Shown: positions 35,024 to 37,932 of the stretch, in pieces | Position numbering within the stretch: the stretch's first letter is position 1 | Layout of the letters: each line of letters starts with the position of its first letter | From: Macrostomum lignano | Taxonomy: Eukaryota | Direction of reading: 5' to 3' | Assembly: GCA_002269645.1 (NCBI GenBank) | Contig: NIVC01004691.1 | Location: 1-37,932, forward strand | Length of the DNA: 37,932 nt | Position numbers and translations under genes: made by a program | Notes under the pieces: model-generated | The model's database searches: none | What the model was told of the DNA's origin: nothing | What the model saw: only the letters and a program-made list of their open reading frames with translations

Positions 35024-37905
35024 ATGCGACTGAATTTGCAGATTGTGATAGGCAGAAGCCTGTCGACTCTTCTGCTGCTGTCTGCCACATTTCAAATGTG
35101 AGTGATGCGATGCTCAAGTTCTTGCACCAACTGGGATTTTTGTAGCGGATTTCAGGTTTTGATTGGGGTGGTTTAGATGCTTTTGGATGCCACACTTTGG
35201 GTGCGTCATATTGATTTCGGCGTCACTGATTTGGTCATCATACTGATTGGGTCATCATACTGATTGGGTCATCATACTGATTGGGTCATCATACTGATTG
35301 GGTCATCATACTGATTGGGTCATCATACTGATTGGGTCATCATACTGATTGGGTCATCATACTGATTGGGTCATCATACTGATTGGGTCATCATACTGAT
35401 TGGGTCATCATACTGATTGGGCCATCATACTGATTGGGGTGTCATGCTGATTGGGGTGTCACACTGATTGATTGGGGTGTCATGCTGATTGGGGTGTCAC
35501 ACTGATTGATTGGGGTGTCATACTGATTGGGATGTCATACTGATTGATTGGGGTGTCATACTGATTGATTGGGGTGTCACACTGATTGATTGGGGTGTCA
35601 TACTGATTGATTGGGGTGTCATACTGATTTGGATGTCATACTGATTGATTGGGATGTCATACTGATTGATTGGGTGTCATACTGATTGATTGGGGTGTCA
35701 CACTGATTGATTGGGGTGTCATACTGATTGAGGTGTGATACTGATTGGGGTGTCATACTGATTAATTAGGGTGTCATACTGATTAATTTGGGTGTCATAC
35801 TGATTAATTTGGGTGTCATACTGATTAATTGGGGTGTCATACTGATTAATTGGGGTGTCATACTGATTAATTGGAGTGTCATACTGATTGGGGTGTCATA
35901 CTGATTGGAGTGTCATACTGATTGGGGTGTCATACAGATTGGAATGTCATACTGATTGATTGGGGTGTCACTGATTGATTGGGGTGTCACTGATTGAGGT
36001 GTCATACAGATTGGAATGTCATACTGATTGATTGGGGCGTCATACTGATTGGGGTGGCGATGTACTTTGTTGGGCTGTCTTTTTGGGGGCTTCCCATTAT
36101 GGGACTGTTATTTGGGGGCCTGTCCTTGCGAGGCTGACGCGGTCAGTGTACATTGATGTACGAAATTTAATTGGAATTTTGCCACAAAATCGATGGCATT
36201 TCTTCACGTTCATGCGTATTGCTATTGATAATAATATATTACTATGTATTCTGTATATTTTTAAAATATAACACAAATTAATTAACAGGTCGGTATGCGA
36301 GAAATAAACTGAAGTACCGACCGAAAAGTCAATTAATCGCATAATCAACAACCCATTTTGCCAATAATAGCTCAGAAAATAACGTTTAAGAGATAAAATT
36401 TTAAGTGAGCTGAGCCTTCCAACAACTTTTCACTGTCCATTTACAAAAAATCCTACTCCTCCTCATTCTTCTTATCCACAGAGCTCTGGCAGGCAACCAG
36501 TTCTGCTATCCGCGTGGCAACACCAATGAGTTCCAGCTCAGCAAAAAAATCGAGTTCATTGAAGATCGAATCATTCCCAAAACTGATGGAGACCCTGTAC
36601 CTGAGGAAGGCCTCAGCTGCAAATGGAAGATTCTGACTGACCATCTTGACAATGCCGTTGTGGTTCTGACTGGCTTTGACACGGAGACGCACTTAAGCGA
36701 GCGGAGGTGGAAAAGATCTGTGGATTCAGCTGCACAGCAACAACCGATGCGATACGAACTGCATTCAAAGGCTTCGAACTGTAAGCAGCGCTTTGAGCAC
36801 AGTTAGTGAATAAATAATAATATTCGATTTTGTCTAGTTACTCTTTTGCTAGAAACAGAACATCTAAAAGCTGTTCAATAACGTTCATTCAGTTAATTAC
36901 CAACAAAAGGCTCAATACAGATAATAAAGCATCTAATTAGCCGTCTGGTAGCCAAACGAAGAGAATTAATAACTCTCTTAGAGTTATAAAGAGTTATATA
37001 GTTTGAGGAAGTTAAAATCAAATAGTAGAGATGATAAGATTGAACTTCACGCCTACTTATAAATGCTTTGTGCAGTAGTGAAGTCTGCACTTGTTGAATG
37101 GCAAGTGTGAGCGAGAATTTTGTTTTAATGCCCCACTACTGACTTCTAGTCGGTACTAGATAAACGCAGTCAACTCCCAATGGAACTTGAACTTTTCAGC
37201 GACTTGCTCGTCGCCTTCAACAAGCGAGCCAAAGCCGTGGAGCTGGAGATGTTGCGCGTGCTGCAACTGACGAAAGGGTACGATAGAGCTGGCCTGATGC
37301 TGGACCGATTCTTTGAAATCCATAATTCTGTAATTGAACTCAACCACTGTACTCTACATCAAACTGTAGGAGCTACCTGACGGTCTCATTCCGGCTTAAT
37401 CGGAGTAGCTCAGCGAATATCCCTGGTCTACAAATTCGCCTGATGGAGCCGGGATTCTGCTGCAGAAACATTACAAATTTTGAGAGCAACTGCTACACCA
37501 CAGGATCGGTTCATCGGAACCTGACTGCTGAGCTGGCTGCGATGAGCGCTGACAGCGGAGTCATGAGGCTCGCCAGCTTCAGCAGCTCCGCGGCTCTGCA
37601 GAACTTCGTCACAGAGAGTAAGCTGGAGTTAAGAGGTGGCTTTTGCACATATTTGCACAAATGCACATGGGTTTGGGATAGGAAGCACATTTTAAATGTT
37701 ACACAATTTCACTCCACTTAAACGCCGGCTTCAGGCCAGCGAACTCGCGTCGGTTCCGGCCTGAACACTCGCAGCAAGGAGCCGCTGAATCTTGCACATG
37801 GCTTCGCATTGGACTGTTCTATGAGCACAGGACCAAGAAGGTCTTCTACCTGAACTGCGGGGCAGAAGACTGCAAAATGGCTGAGTTCGAGGATGCTGAT
37901 AAGCT
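35024..37905 (+). pseudogene. Copy 5 of the CUB-CTLD-TM gene, exons 1-5 (runs off the window), with two frameshifts
   Basis: Exons 35024-35097, 36482-36780, 37200-37277 (78 nt vs 79), 37370-37617 and 37735-37905 (171 nt vs 172; CAGAGG to CATGG near 37799). Intron 4 is only 117 nt versus 1230-1388 nt in copies 1-3. Confidence 0.75.
35228..36052. repeat. 17/21-bp minisatellite in intron 1 of copy 5
   Basis: About 12 GATTGGGTCATCATACT units, followed by degenerate GATTGGGGTGTCATACT and GATTGATTGGGGTGTCATACT variants. Confidence 0.93.
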
Positions 37906-37932
37906 GTGAGTTTCTTAACTTGACGACAAAAG

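Larger units (their letters stand above)
33368..37932 (+). repeat. Segmental duplication unit E (partial)
   Basis: Junction motif at 33368; collinear up to intron 5 at the window end. Confidence 0.8.

Overview
This is eukaryotic, AT-rich, intron-containing animal DNA. It looks like an invertebrate, but the species cannot be identified from sequence alone. The window is a head-to-tail array of about 4-10 kb segmental duplications with junctions at ~27, ~7101, ~9497, ~19813, ~28949 and ~33368. Four units carry a six-coding-exon + strand gene that the ORF track misses because it ignores splicing. By manual splicing, copy 1 encodes an intact 444-aa type I membrane protein: signal peptide, divergent CUB-like domain with a hypervariable basic (furin-like) loop, divergent C-type lectin-like domain (CTLD), stalk, TM and short tail. 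Copies 2 and 3 each carry one 1-nt frameshift and copy 5 carries two. Copy 4 survives only as an exon-6 remnant, and one further unit has lost the gene entirely. Around the genes are three young minisatellites at deletion junctions, degenerate 16-bp arrays at unit borders, a tRNA-derived CORE-type SINE, several hAT-like MITEs and multiple TA-CGAGC-TA insertions resembling transposon excision footprints. Domain calls come from motif matching by eye; no database search was run.
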